Assembly (NCBI GenBank): GCA_021613535.1
Contig: CP075492.1
Span: forward strand, 16,802,001-16,866,000
Origin: Adineta vaga
Lineage: Eukaryota > Animalia > Rotifera
Direction of reading: 5' to 3'
DNA length: 64,000 nucleotides
In this document: positions 52,051 to 64,000 of the stretch, one piece after another
How the letters are laid out: every line of letters begins with the position of its first letter
Numbering within the stretch: the stretch's first letter is position 1
Notes under the pieces: model-generated
Databases searched by the model: none
The model's input: the letters and a program-made list of their open reading frames with translations, nothing else
What the model was told of the DNA's origin: nothing
Translations under genes and position numbers: made by a program

Positions 52051-52270
52051 ATGATGAAGAATTTTCGCTTGCTAAAATTCTTTTTCTATTTCAATTTGGA
52101 AATCTTTTTGTAAATGCAAATGAATTCCAATGTGATAGAAGTTTATCATGTGGTTGTGGTGAAACGAATGTTCAGTCTCGTGAACAAATAAATCCTTATA
52201 GTTGGTCAATGGTTGTTTCAGTACGTTTTAATAATAATCATATTTGTAGTGGTTCAATTATAAATAAATC
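52051..52270 (+). pseudogene. Trypsin-like (S1) serine protease N-terminal fragment
   Basis: Manual translation ...NANEFQCDRSLSCGCGETNVQSREQINPYSWSMVVSVRFNNNHICSGSIINKS, ending just before the expected LTAAHC. Confidence 0.75.
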
Positions 52271-52335
52271 AGGGTGTGGGTGTGGTTGTGGATAATGAAT
52301 CAATACCCATATCCACCCACACCCACACCCTCAAG
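52268..52335. repeat. Telomere-like inverted junction element (two arms)
   Basis: atcagggtgtgggtgtggttgtggat-spacer-acccatatccacccacacccacaccctcaag. Confidence 0.9.
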
Positions 52336-52370
52336 CAACAGTTTATTTGTCAAAAGTTTATGGTTTTCCG

Positions 52371-55300
52371 CTAATTGAGTTTCTCCTCAACTAAACGATG
52401 ATAATGACCTTGAAGTGCCAATAATTCTCGATGTGCACCTCTTTCCACGACAATACCGTTGTGTATAACACAAATCAGATTAGCATTTTGAATTGTAGAC
52501 AATCGGTGAGCAATACAAATCGAAGTACGATTTTCTTGCGCACGTTCTAATACTTCCTGTATGATTTGTTCATTCTGAGCATCTAAAGCACTGGTAGCTA
52601 GATAGAAGATCACAATATACTTCAGATTATACCGAATTAGACTACCTTCATCTAGCAGCAAGATCTTCGGATTGCGAATCAATGCCCGAGCAATAGCTAA
52701 AATCAATCATTACACAATACAATAGATATATTAAAAAAGAAGATTTACCAATACGTTGCTTTTGACCACCTGATAGTTGAGTTCCTTTAGCACCACATTG
52801 TGTCTCATAACCCTTTAATAGACATGTTGAAAACTATCGAGATAATACAGTTGATACTGACCTCTGGTAATTGTTGTATGAATTCATGAATATTAGTTTT
52901 TTGTGCAACTTGAATAATTTCTTCAAGAGAAATATTTTCTCGACTTGTATCGCCATAAGCGATATTCTCTCGAATAGACATATCGAAGAGAACGGGTTCT
53001 TGAGAAACTAAACTAACTGTCAAAAAGAAATGAATAAATTTTCAATCGAAGAACACTTATGAATACTTACTTTGTGATCGGTACCATTGAAGATCGAGTT
53101 TACGAATATCTTTTCCATCAATTAACTTGTAAATGAAAAGAAGAAATCAACCAAATGAAATATGACAAAGAGAGAACGAAACATACGAGACCACCGTCAG
53201 TCACGTCATAGAAACGTTCGAGTAACTGAATAATTGTTGACTTCCCTGAACCCGATATGCCTATACAAATCAATAGTATTTCAATCTTTCAGTGTGATAT
53301 ACATACCAACCAGTGCGACTTTTTGACCTATAAAATAATAAAAATAATATTATTTGATCGAGAAGATGCACCGAATATACCTGATTCGATTTTAAGATTG
53401 AAATTTTGTAGAATAATAGCTTCAGATCGACTAGGATAAGTAAAGTATAAATGATTGAACTCAATCTGTCCTTGAAAATGTGTCTAGAACACGAATGATT
53501 ACTCACAATTAATTCATCGATAAATAAATCAAGTAAAAACAATCGACTTACAAGATGTTCGCCATGAGAAGATCGATTGTCAATAGTAGGTTGTCGAGTG
53601 AGTACATCTAAAATATTCTTAGCTGCTTTCTTTGCTGGTCCAAAATTAAGAACCCTGAAATGCATAATATGAATCAATGAAACTACATAATAACTGACAT
53701 CAATCTTACATCGATACATTTTGATCAATACTTTGTGCACCAAAGACAATGCAATTAAAAACTCTATAACATAGTAACAATCAATTCTTGTAACATCATC
53801 GAAAGCGAAATCTTTATACTTACAACAGAACATCTTCCAATGTGATTTGATCTTTTTCAACTAAGAAAGCTCCAAGAGCAAAGAGAGCTGCCAAAGTAAA
53901 AAAGAAGGTAGAAGTACTCAAAGCATAAAATAAACCAAAGATATGTGCTCGTTTTATAGATGATCTACAATCTATATAAAGTACAACAATAAGTTAGATA
54001 AACTAGATTACCGGTATGAAGTATCGAGACATTGTTGATATTGTTCATAGAAATATTTTTCTTTAGTTAGTTGTACTATAGTTCGAATATTCTGAATAGT
54101 TTCCAATGAGATCTAAGACGAGTATTATGGTGTATAATCGAGAAGAAGAGGATCTTTTTTTTCTCACCTTCCATGATTCGACTAAGGCTCCGTTATTTTT
54201 TCGCTCGAAACCGGTCATAAGACGGCTTTGAAGAAGGCCTCCAAGAATGTTCAATGGTAAGAATCCGATGACAAGTAAAGTCAATTGCCACGAAAAGATA
54301 AAACCAAGTAAAAGTCCAATACCAAGTGCGCCTGCATTTTGACACATAACACTAAGATAAATACCGATAACACCTTGTGCAGCGGATGTATCATTGGCAA
54401 TATGGTTACATAGTGCGCCTGTATTGTTCTCTGGTTCATCAAAGTAAGCGATTTCCTGATGAAGAAGAGCATCAAATAATTTTAGACGCAATCGTTCAAC
54501 CAATGCTTCACCCGATCGAATAAATAAATAATTCTATCAAACAGAAAATTAGAAAAAAAATATCACTTCTCTTACACAGCTTACTTGTAGAGACATAATA
54601 ATAAGAGTGAAAACTCCCAATCCAAGCAATAATAGAATGATTGTGAGTACTCGTTGCTCCTGTACTGTATTACTGCATTCTTGAAAGACCTGATCATAGA
54701 AGAAAATGCTATGTTTTCTCAATTATTAAAACAAATGATAAATACGCACCGAAAACATTTTGCTCAGTAGAATACCTCCAATAGGTTGATTAGCTCCATT
54801 GATAATAGCCATCAAACACCCAAATAAGAGAAGTAACCATTCTGGCTTATTCATCTTGAGTATTGCCCAAATAATATTTTCTCTAACCGATGTTCGATCT
54901 ATCACTTCTTCTTCAACTATTATCTTCGAAGGAATCATAGCAGAAGCACATTTTTGTTTGTCCTCATTATTCATGTATACATCGTTCTCCAAGATATCTT
55001 TCACTTCAGACAATTTATGTTGTTTAATTAGATTATAGTAAATGCCTTGCAAACGAATCAAAGATTCATGTTTACCTTCTTCAACAATTGCACCTTGATG
55101 CATCACTACAATTTTATCTGCATCTCGAATGGTTGAGAGACGATGAGCAATGATGAGCATGGTACGATCTAATGATAACAAATCAAAGAAAAACTACTAG
55201 ATACATTCGATACTCACTTTCAGCAGCACGGCGAAGAGCTTCTTGCACAACCTTTTCACTTTCATTATCCAAGGCACTTGTAGCTAACGCGAAAGTAACA

Positions 55301-57671
55301 GATATTCTATAGTTAATAACAAATAAACAAACAAGAAATTAACCTTCATCTAAAAGTAAGATTTGTGGATTTCCTATCAATGCTCGGGCAATAGCTTAAG
55401 AGGAAAAAAAAGTATATTAAATAACTTATGAATCGATCCTACCAATTCGTTGCTTTTGACCACCAGAAAGTGTTGCACCTCTTGCATCTACTTGAGTTTC
55501 ATATTTCTACGAAGGAATATTATAACGATCAAAATCCAAGGAAACATTCATTTTAGTGTCATCACCAACCTGCGGAAGATTCATGATAAAATCATGAGCA
55601 TTTGCCATTTTTGCTGCTTCTTCTAACTCTTGATCAGTGGCTGTTTGTTTACCAAGCAAGATATTATCACGAATAGTACCATGAAATAATATTGGTTCTT
55701 GATTAACTACACCGATCTGTTGTCGTAACCATTTCAAATCGTAATCCTGTATTGATATGCCATCGATCTTTATCGATCCCGCATGAGGATCATAGAATCG
55801 CTCGAGTAAATGAACGCATGTTGATTTTCCACTGCCAGAAGAACCAACGAGTGCAATCGTTTGACCTGGTTTGATATCAAATGAAACTCTATTAAGAATT
55901 AATATATCTGGTCGAGATGGATATCGAAAGCACACTTCAGAAAATTGAATATCACCCATTAAAGAATTTTTAGTCAAACCTATCTTTGCATTTGAGATAA
56001 TTGTACATGGCTATTATAGATATTGTTAAATAGTATAATGTCAAGAGTATGATTTCATCACTTTACCGCATCAATTAGCTGCCAGACTATGAAAGCAGTC
56101 GCTCGTGCTTGTACCAGAGCTTGGATGTGAGGTGCAGCTTGACCCAACTGAAAGATACCGATTATAATTGCGAAAAAGACCTACGAACAGAAATCAATTG
56201 CTGATAAGCATAGATAATGTATCACTTACGGTAAACACTTGACCACTAGTATATTCACCGTCTCGAACTAGTTTAGCACCGTACCAGAAACCTAGAATGA
56301 TACTCGTACGATGCCGTAGGATGTTCTAAACGTATAAAATCATACCTAATGCATAGGTACAATAGATAACCAACCATACAAAACTCATCGTCGCACTAGT
56401 GGTCATTGTTTTTTTAATGCTACTTTTCTTCACTGCTTCCAAATGTTGTCCATACCTAAAAATGTGATTATTTCCACGTATAGTATGGCAATAAGTGTTA
56501 ATCAAACCGTTTTATCTCATGATCTTGTCCATTGAAAGCAAACACTGTGCGAATCGAGCTTAATACTTCTTCGACCACTGCTGCTGCCTTTCCGCTCGCT
56601 TCCAACTCCACTATCGTCAAACGAGTAGCTAGCTGAATATCATATCTTATGGTCTAAGGTTATTTTCCAAATCAGCACAACTTACCCATGAGAAAAAAGC
56701 AGCTGGAAGAAAAATAAAGGAAACAATCGAGAGAATAACGAAGGACAACTTCCATCCAGTAGAAAATCCTAAAATTCTATAATAATAAAATTCATTTCTA
56801 TCATATCATTGAAAATACCGATTATAAAACCAGTGATCAACGAGGCAAGAAACTGGATCAGTGTGCCAATTTTGTGACCAATACCATCTTGAATTTTTGA
56901 TACTGATTGTGATAGATGAGCGTCAAGTTCACCAATTTTATGTGTATCAAAAAAAGACATATCTTTATCAAGAATATTCTGGAAAAGAGTCTGTCGAATG
57001 ACTCGACTCTGATTTTCTGCAGACATAATCCAGAAGGATACTTGGACATAAGCAACTACAATTATGATACAACCGACAGCTACTAAGTATAGTACTTGTC
57101 TTTGGATTGTATCCGTTAACATAGATGTACCGAGAGTGAAATTAGCATAAGTTATATTGCATTGTCTAAAATAAAAAAGGTAGGTAGAGAGAAAGAGAGT
57201 TTATGATTTATCGATGAAATCCTACGAGATAAGCGTGCTGATATTTATTGAAGTGAATGCCATAGAATCTGGACAATATTGTAGAGAAAGAGTCGTAAAA
57301 TTGATTGAACAGAAAGTTTTCGCTTGGTCAGTAAAAGAATCAAGAACATGACCGAATATTAAAATAAGAAGTGGTAATCCGCTACCATGCGCCAAAGCAG
57401 CGACTGTACCGATCGTCATGAATACAATATCAATTGAGGTGGCGTACCGAAACTATAATATGCATAAAGCTATAAGCTATAACAATCTCATCATTAATGT
57501 CTTACCAATTTTTTCAAGCTTAATGTTTTGATTTCAGTTAAATTTTGGACAATATTGTCTTTCTTCGGGGTATCTTCGATGTGCTGCGAAGATGCTCTAT
57601 TCGATGATCAATTTTGCAAAAAAAGTATACTATGATTACTCATATGTTGAAAAACACTTACTTGTCTTCAT
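52371..57671 (-). CDS. ABCB full transporter (P-glycoprotein/MDR-like), many short introns
   Basis: Two TMDs and two NBDs: [37 protein letters not shown] and IAHRLSTI in both halves; exon 1 is ATGAAGACAA followed by a GTAAGT donor. Confidence 0.95.
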
Positions 57672-58624
57672 GATCGAAATTCTTTTTTGTAGTATGTATT
57701 TTCATTTGAAGTTTATTCTATAAACTAACAAAGACTTTTCAACTGCCTTCCTAGAAGTAGATGGATATGATATTCTTCTTTATTTACTATTCTTGTCGTG
57801 TCTTTTTAAATTTTGCGTGATTTGTCATGAATCATTGCGTAGCGCGTGTTTGATTTATTCTAAATGCGCGAAATATACCTTATTATCTGTCCATAATACA
57901 GATTCAATGTACATTTTTTTTCTTTTTCTCTGTATTTAATGGATATATCGTTTTATATATGCAATCATCGACTATCAAGGTGAGCATTTTTTTCCTTTAG
58001 ATTTGTTTATTATGCTAAAAGTAGGATGATTGATAAATAATACTAACAACGTGACATAGATTAAATAAACTCCTAGTATTTTGCGAATATTTCCATTCGT
58101 TTTTTACTTATATACTTGAGCTTTTTTCCAAAAGCTGGTAATTAAGAGTTCTTCTAACGGATGATTATGGGATTATAATCGACCAATATGACAATATTGA
58201 AAAATGGTCCACTTAAAGAATAATTCTTTTATATTTACGATTTTACATCTCTATCTTTTCGACATAGGAGTAGACGGTGAGAACTCTTTGTTATTAGTTC
58301 ATATAGAGACTTTCGCAAAATACGGAGACCCGTATCGCCTCTTTTTGAATGACTGCAATGCAATTTACGCGCGCGAAATTTTCCCGCATTACATTATTAC
58401 ACTTACACCTGCTTGACGAATATTTTTCATTAATTAGATTATCTATACCAATGGAGTGCTAAGTCAGATCATATAATTAACTAATAAACAAAGGTTATGT
58501 CTATCATTCTTTTAAGTAAAAATAAAGATCAATATCTTTTCGAAAGATTTTGTTTTATTCATGATGGGAGTAAATACTTTCGGTCAATCCGATTTCATCA
58601 TGTAAATTGGTACGAGTCAACGAG

Positions 58625-60287
58625 TCACAAATAAGTTGAATTGTTGCGCATATAGTTTTGTCCACCAGAGAAGGCTGAGGAAGAAGACAAAACAGATGAT
58701 TGACAATGTAGGAAACTCCAAACCGCATTCAACGAGTAGGGCAGTTTTGCTGGCAGAAGAGGTAGCTTGACCGACCAATAACTGATATTTCTGAGCAAAT
58801 CTTCGTGCTTGAAATGCATTAAAGATGCATAAGACTGTTCGATGGAGGCCACTGTTAAAACACAGAAAGAAAAAATAAAAACACAGTTTAATATTCGTAC
58901 CTTAGACATCCAACAAATATCACACAACCTGTCAACAGTTTACTATTCATTTGTTCACTCATTGTCAAGTTGTGGATCAAACCAAAATAAAGTATTAGTC
59001 CGAGAAGTAAACCCTAGAAAACAACTTTGAATTGAAATATAATACCAGATTGTTTTAATGATACCTTAGAAAAACCGATGCAACTATAGAGAAAGCAATG
59101 CATTCGATGTTGACAACATAGTCCGAGTGTTCGAAATTCTGCTTCATACTGTATTGGCATGGGCGATGAGTGGTTTTTAGCAGGGTTTGAATCGCACAAC
59201 TCTAAGAAGGCAATAACTTTCCATTTTCTCATCATTATTGATCTTTCTCTTCTACATACCCAACAGTTCTTTATTGATTTCTTGAGCATGTTCACTGATC
59301 AAGTCGTGTCCTGCAAGCTCGAAATTAACAAGTTTACATCCCAGTATCTAGTAACCAGACATAAGAGACACTTTGATGAAAGGAAAGAGATTATACCCTT
59401 TGTAACATATAAGAATTCACTTCGTGAATGATTTGATCTTCGGCACCCACCATAATCGTACACGGTATATTTGAATATCGAATTTTTAATAGCTCAGAAT
59501 AACTTATGTAATGTCGTTGAACGGCTAATACTTGACCAAAAGCTCCAATTACTGACAATGGAACTCGAATTTCCATTTTCTCCCGCCAATCATTGTAGAA
59601 TTGCTAGAAGATGAATGTACACTTCTTATTTTTCATCAATTCCTGACTTACCTGTCGTTTCTCAGGATCGTTTAATGTCTTTTTACCATAAAATATGCGA
59701 AGCATATTTTTAATAAGTTGATCTTCGTCGCGGATTAGAAACCATTGTAGAAAAAAATGAAGAGCAGCGAACGGCGGTCGACTGATGAGACCACCCGCAT
59801 GTGTAGCTATAAGAGTGAGTGATAGTATTTTTCGAGGTGCTAGTAGAGCCAGCTCCAGTGCAATCATGCCTCCAAGCGAAAAGCCCACAACATGACATTG
59901 ATTCCAATTCAAATGGTCAATTAATATCAGAGCATCTTTGGCCATTTGAACGGTTGTATATTCGAGTGTTTTCGGTGCCGATGATCGACCACAGCCACGA
60001 TTATCATAAGTCACACACTATTCAAGTTGTATATATATATATATATATAATTCATAATCATCTCACTCACCTGATAACAAGATTGCGCAGAAAAAAAGTC
60101 AGTCTACAAAAGAAAACTGAAGTTACCTACGATATCTCTTATTGATAGCATTCCTTACTTGATATTTCCAAGCTCGACCTTCGGTCCACAGACCCATGAT
60201 AAATAGGATTTTGATTGGACCCGATCCATGTACTTCATAGTAGAGTGTAACATTTTGATGAGATACAGGCAAAGTTACATACGGCAT
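58625..60287 (-). CDS. Alpha/beta hydrolase, multi-exon (3' end uncertain)
   Basis: YYEVHGSGPIKILFIMGL, YDNRGCGRS, GFSLGG nucleophile elbow, GAEDQI, AGHDLISE. Confidence 0.8.
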
Positions 60288-60738
60288 ATCTATATTAAAA
60301 GATATCTAATTTTTCGGTTTTTTATTTCACTACTATACAAACCGTGTCACTTCTTGCTGTTCTGATTATCATAAAATTACTGATACTACGTGCGAATAAA
60401 TTGGAGGAAATAGTATATCTGCGAAAAGTATCACGCGAGAGAAAATAGAAGAAAGTATATCAGGAAGGCTTTTCGCAAAAAGAAGTAACCAAGAGAAGAC
60501 AATTGAGAGACTAACGAAATAGGTGAAAAATAAAATCAGCGAAGTGTAAAATAGTCATTTCTCATCTTAATCAACATGAAAATAATACTACAAGTACATA
60601 TTATAATGTTTCGAAAAGCTTACGTATGTAATTCATACTTTGCTAAGAGAAGCATTTCGATTAGGAATAATCTAATAGAAAGAATAATGTATTCTTCAAT
60701 ATCTTTTTTTTTATTACTTAGATTTTATTCAACTTTTA

Positions 60739-62322
60739 ATGGACACATACAACAATAATTGTGCTCATACAGTACCTTTAAAAATCAAAATCATATGTAG
60801 TATATTAATATGGTTTCCAATTTTATTTCCATTTATAACAATACATTATTTTCCACATGCTACTATTATTTATAATATAATCATATCCATTTATATTATC
60901 ATCAGTCACTTATTAACATATGGAACTTGTTTTACTATTTTTAGGAAACAACAGAAAATTATTTATGAATTTTTTCGCAGCAAAAACTGGAGTGAAATAA
61001 AGAATAATTACATTGAAAATCGACGAATCGGAATAAATAATAACAATGAAGAAATATTACACATGGTTATCATACCTATCTATAAAGAAAATCCGAATAT
61101 TGTGGAAAATACATTAAAATCATTAATAAAACAAAATGTTCCAATGATTATAGGCATCGGATTAGAAGAACGAGAAACGGACAGTAATACAAAATACGAT
61201 GATATCATAAAACAATATGAGAATCATTTTATTAAAATAATTAAAACAATACATCCAATGAATTTAAAAAATGAAATACCTGGTAAAGCATCGAATTGTA
61301 ATTATAATGCTCAACAATTAGTTAAATTTTATGAAGAAAATCATATAAATTTAAGATGTCTCTACAAACATGTAATGATAACTGTATGTGATTGTGATTC
61401 AATTTGGATAAATGATTATTTTTTATACTTAAACTATTTGTGTGAACAAAATAATATGAAAAATTTCAATTACATTGCTTATGTACCAAATATCACTAAT
61501 TTCCAAGATTTTTCATTGAATCATATCTTAAGTAATTGGGTGTCTGTTCTTCGTTCAATAGGTACGCATGGACATTTTTACTTTCTTGGTTATGTTCGTG
61601 CGTTTGTTAGTGAATATCATATTCCATTAGAATTATTAAAAAGAATTGATTTTTGGGATAGTGATTTAGTACAGGAAGATATACATATGCACAACAAGTT
61701 AGCGATATTAGATGAAAAACATTTTGTTGTCAAACATACTTTTCTCCCATGTGATAATCAGATTCCAACAGATATCAATTCATTTGTTGGAAGTTTTCAA
61801 ATACTTTGGAATCAAACATCACGTTGGAATTTATTTATTTATGAATTGTATTATTTATTTTATGAATTATTATTGAATATCTTTGGCATCAAACGTTATG
61901 GAAATTTTCGTACAAACACATCGAAAATTTTTGTACAAATTATTAATAATTATGAAAATTTATTCTTTTTTGGCATGTGTCCTATTTCAAATAATATCTT
62001 TTGGTTCTTTTATCTACATATTTGGAATGAACATTATCTTAATAGTATCGTTTATCATTTATTAAATAATATTCAACCATGGTTTATCATCATACATCTC
62101 TTCTTAGGAATTCTATATGCTGCATTCATTTGGTATGCAAGTTTCGAACATATCAAAGATAGACCATATAATTGGATAAAATTTACAATTTTCTTATTAG
62201 GATTTATTCCTCTTCCATCATTATTCTTCATTTGTCAAGCTATTAATCTAACAAATGCATGGATACAAACATTGAAGAGTAATCAAACTCATTCGGAGTC
62301 GGCACCAAAAGTTCTTTTCTAA
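60739..62322 (+). CDS. GT2-family integral-membrane glycosyltransferase, intronless
   Basis: 527 aa with IIPIYKE, GKASNCN, DCD (DxD), QED and QTSRW (QxxRW) motifs plus N- and C-terminal TM helices. Confidence 0.85.
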   Translation: MDTYNNNCAHTVPLKIKIICSILIWFPILFPFITIHYFPHATIIYNIIISIYIIISHLLTYGTCFTIFRKQQKIIYEFFRSKNWSEIKNNYIENRRIGINNNNEEILHMVIIPIYKENPNIVENTLKSLIKQNVPMIIGIGLEERETDSNTKYDDIIKQYENHFIKIIKTIHPMNLKNEIPGKASNCNYNAQQLVKFYEENHINLRCLYKHVMITVCDCDSIWINDYFLYLNYLCEQNNMKNFNYIAYVPNITNFQDFSLNHILSNWVSVLRSIGTHGHFYFLGYVRAFVSEYHIPLELLKRIDFWDSDLVQEDIHMHNKLAILDEKHFVVKHTFLPCDNQIPTDINSFVGSFQILWNQTSRWNLFIYELYYLFYELLLNIFGIKRYGNFRTNTSKIFVQIINNYENLFFFGMCPISNNIFWFFYLHIWNEHYLNSIVYHLLNNIQPWFIIIHLFLGILYAAFIWYASFEHIKDRPYNWIKFTIFLLGFIPLPSLFFICQAINLTNAWIQTLKSNQTHSESAPKVLF

Positions 62323-62812
62323 AAAGAAAATTAAACTAAACTTAAAAACTAGAATTCTATATTTTAATCATTCTATTTATTGACCATGGCATCGTTTTGT
62401 TTTTGTTCTAAGAATTCTCCTTATCAAATGATGTCATTTTTATCTATACGTAATTAGAAGCATAAGCTATATGCAACTGATGTTCATACCTTAAATACGT
62501 TGTATCTGCTCTCTATAACATTCACAATACAGAAAAGAAATGAAATTATACAGCCAAGGCCAAAAAAGTGTGCAGATATGAGAAAATCATAAGGATTTCA
62601 CTAAGGAGGCAATCTAAATCAAAGAGAACTCCAATAGAACAGACTGTTCACGAAGGTAGAATAATCCATTAACAGCTTGATTCATTATTCAATTGGATAC
62701 ACATGTACATATCAATACGTACAATGTTATCTTCTTATCATGTGAAATATATTTGACACTCATGCGATTTGTTCATGTGATACGACGAGAGAGAAAACAA
62801 TGACATACTCGA

Positions 62813-62910
62813 TTGAGGGTGTGGCTGTGGTTGAGGATATACGTTTAATCTAAACTCCCTCAGCCACATCCTTACACCCACACCCACACCCACATTCACA
62901 CCTTTAAGAT
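62813..62910. repeat. Telomere-like inverted junction element (two arms, long C-rich arm)
   Basis: ttgagggtgtggctgtggttgagg-spacer-cctcagccacatccttacacccacacccacacccacattcacacctttaagat. Confidence 0.85.
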
Positions 62911-63341
62911 GATTTTTCTTCATGTATAAAACTGTTGTTGTCTGTATTTTCTTCGTTTCCTTCGCAATGCTTTCATGTGTGTTTTCGTTCTTTCTTCTTT
63001 TCGTTTTTGTCTTTTTTCTTTTTCTCTTTTGTTGTTGCTGCTAACCCGCACTGTTAGGATTTTATGATTATAGTTTTTTAAGAAAATAAAAAAAGAGTAC
63101 ATTCATTTTAATACATCGGTTTTTTTTAGTTTTCGATTTTTTTCGTGAATGAAACTAGATTACTTTTTATTGTGTCTTTTATATCGTATCGGCACCTGAA
63201 TGAATCATGCATACTCAAGAATGTAAAAAGAAGCAAAAAATGTTTCATATTAATAGAACGGAAGTAAAAGAATGAGACATAGTAAAATATTGTATATATC
63301 TTCTCTTTGAAAATAAATAACGACAGACGATTGTTTTAAAA

Positions 63342-64000
63342 ATGGCTTGTACATCAAATAAAGCATTTGTTACGTTTGATAATGGTATAGAAGATTTTGT
63401 TCTTGTTTGGTTGGACACACGTACGCCACAAACAATCGAAACAGAAGAAACTCATGATGAAAGTATCAAACGTCAATCTCAATTGCAAACAATCATTAAT
63501 TTTACCCGGACATTTAATGATATAGATGAATGTCGTACATTTATTCAATCCTCGAAAACTGAAAAAGTCTTTCTTATTGCTTGTGGATATCTTGGTGAAA
63601 TTTTTATACCAACAGTTCATGATATACCACAACTTGAAGTTATTTACATTTTTTGTATTAACCAACAAAAACATACAGGATGGACAAAGCAATATAGTAA
63701 AATTCGTACAGTGTGTGCAACAACAAATGAATTGTTAACAGCATTAGCTAAAGATGTATCGATGTATGCTAAGAATTTAACACCATTAAGTATTTTTGCG
63801 GCTGATTTGAGCAAAGAGGTATCATTACACTCACTCAAGGCTGAAGAAAGGCGATTTATGTGGTTTCATTTATTACTTGAGTTAATTCTTCGTATGCCGT
63901 CAAATGAAATTGCACAAAATGATATGCGAAATGAATGTGAACGGGCCTATCGAGGTAATCCTGTTGAATTAGCGAAAATCGATGAATTCTTTAGGATCTA
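63342..64000 (+). CDS. 5' part of a probable ADP-ribosyltransferase/TPR-family protein; runs off the window
   Basis: Open frame from ATG 63342 (not in the ORF track): EDFVLVWLD...KVFLIACG...HDIPQLEVIYIFC...WTKQYSKI...FMWFHLL...IDEF, which I recognise as the N-terminal region of this family. Confidence 0.7.
   Translation, partial: MACTSNKAFVTFDNGIEDFVLVWLDTRTPQTIETEETHDESIKRQSQLQTIINFTRTFNDIDECRTFIQSSKTEKVFLIACGYLGEIFIPTVHDIPQLEVIYIFCINQQKHTGWTKQYSKIRTVCATTNELLTALAKDVSMYAKNLTPLSIFAADLSKEVSLHSLKAEERRFMWFHLLLELILRMPSNEIAQNDMRNECERAYRGNPVELAKIDEFFRI

Noticed and set aside
62738-62923. Short ORFs with VGVGVGV, MWVWMWV or TPTPNPHP peptides (also 18592-18792, 13130-13318 and 31040-31225)
   Set aside because: They are translations of the telomere-like elements, not genes.

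Overview
AT-rich eukaryotic genomic DNA with short GT-AG introns. The gene families (intronless DRW/DQW-type GPCRs, an LDLa/EGF-GPCR, F-box/LRR, NHL, TPR, FG-GAP and ART/TPR-type proteins) strongly suggest a bdelloid rotifer; this is inferred from gene content, not from a database search. The window is a mosaic of unrelated intact genes, pseudogenes and gene fragments: GPCRs, an EF-hand protein, a rhomboid protease, a small HSP, a mucin, an ABCB transporter, an alpha/beta hydrolase and an intronless GT2 glycosyltransferase. It also holds DNA transposons: a DD37D Tc1/mariner, a hAT remnant, a non-autonomous Helitron and two long-IR MITE-like elements. The main unexplained structure is a family of about 22 short elements with consensus ATCTTGAGGGTGTGGGTGTG - unique 12-25 nt spacer - CACACCCACACCCTCAAGAT. 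They are built from bdelloid telomere-type hexamers (TGAGGG/TGTGGG) in the orientation of a telomere-to-telomere fusion and lie almost only between gene units. In some copies the two arms share private variants. At least two coding fragments end exactly at an element and do not resume on its other side. The elements therefore look like junctions between gene-sized cassettes rather than simple insertions, which suggests a possible telomere-repeat-based gene shuffling or break-joining system. Two pseudo-tRNA plus hammerhead-core modules flank the EF-hand cassette.
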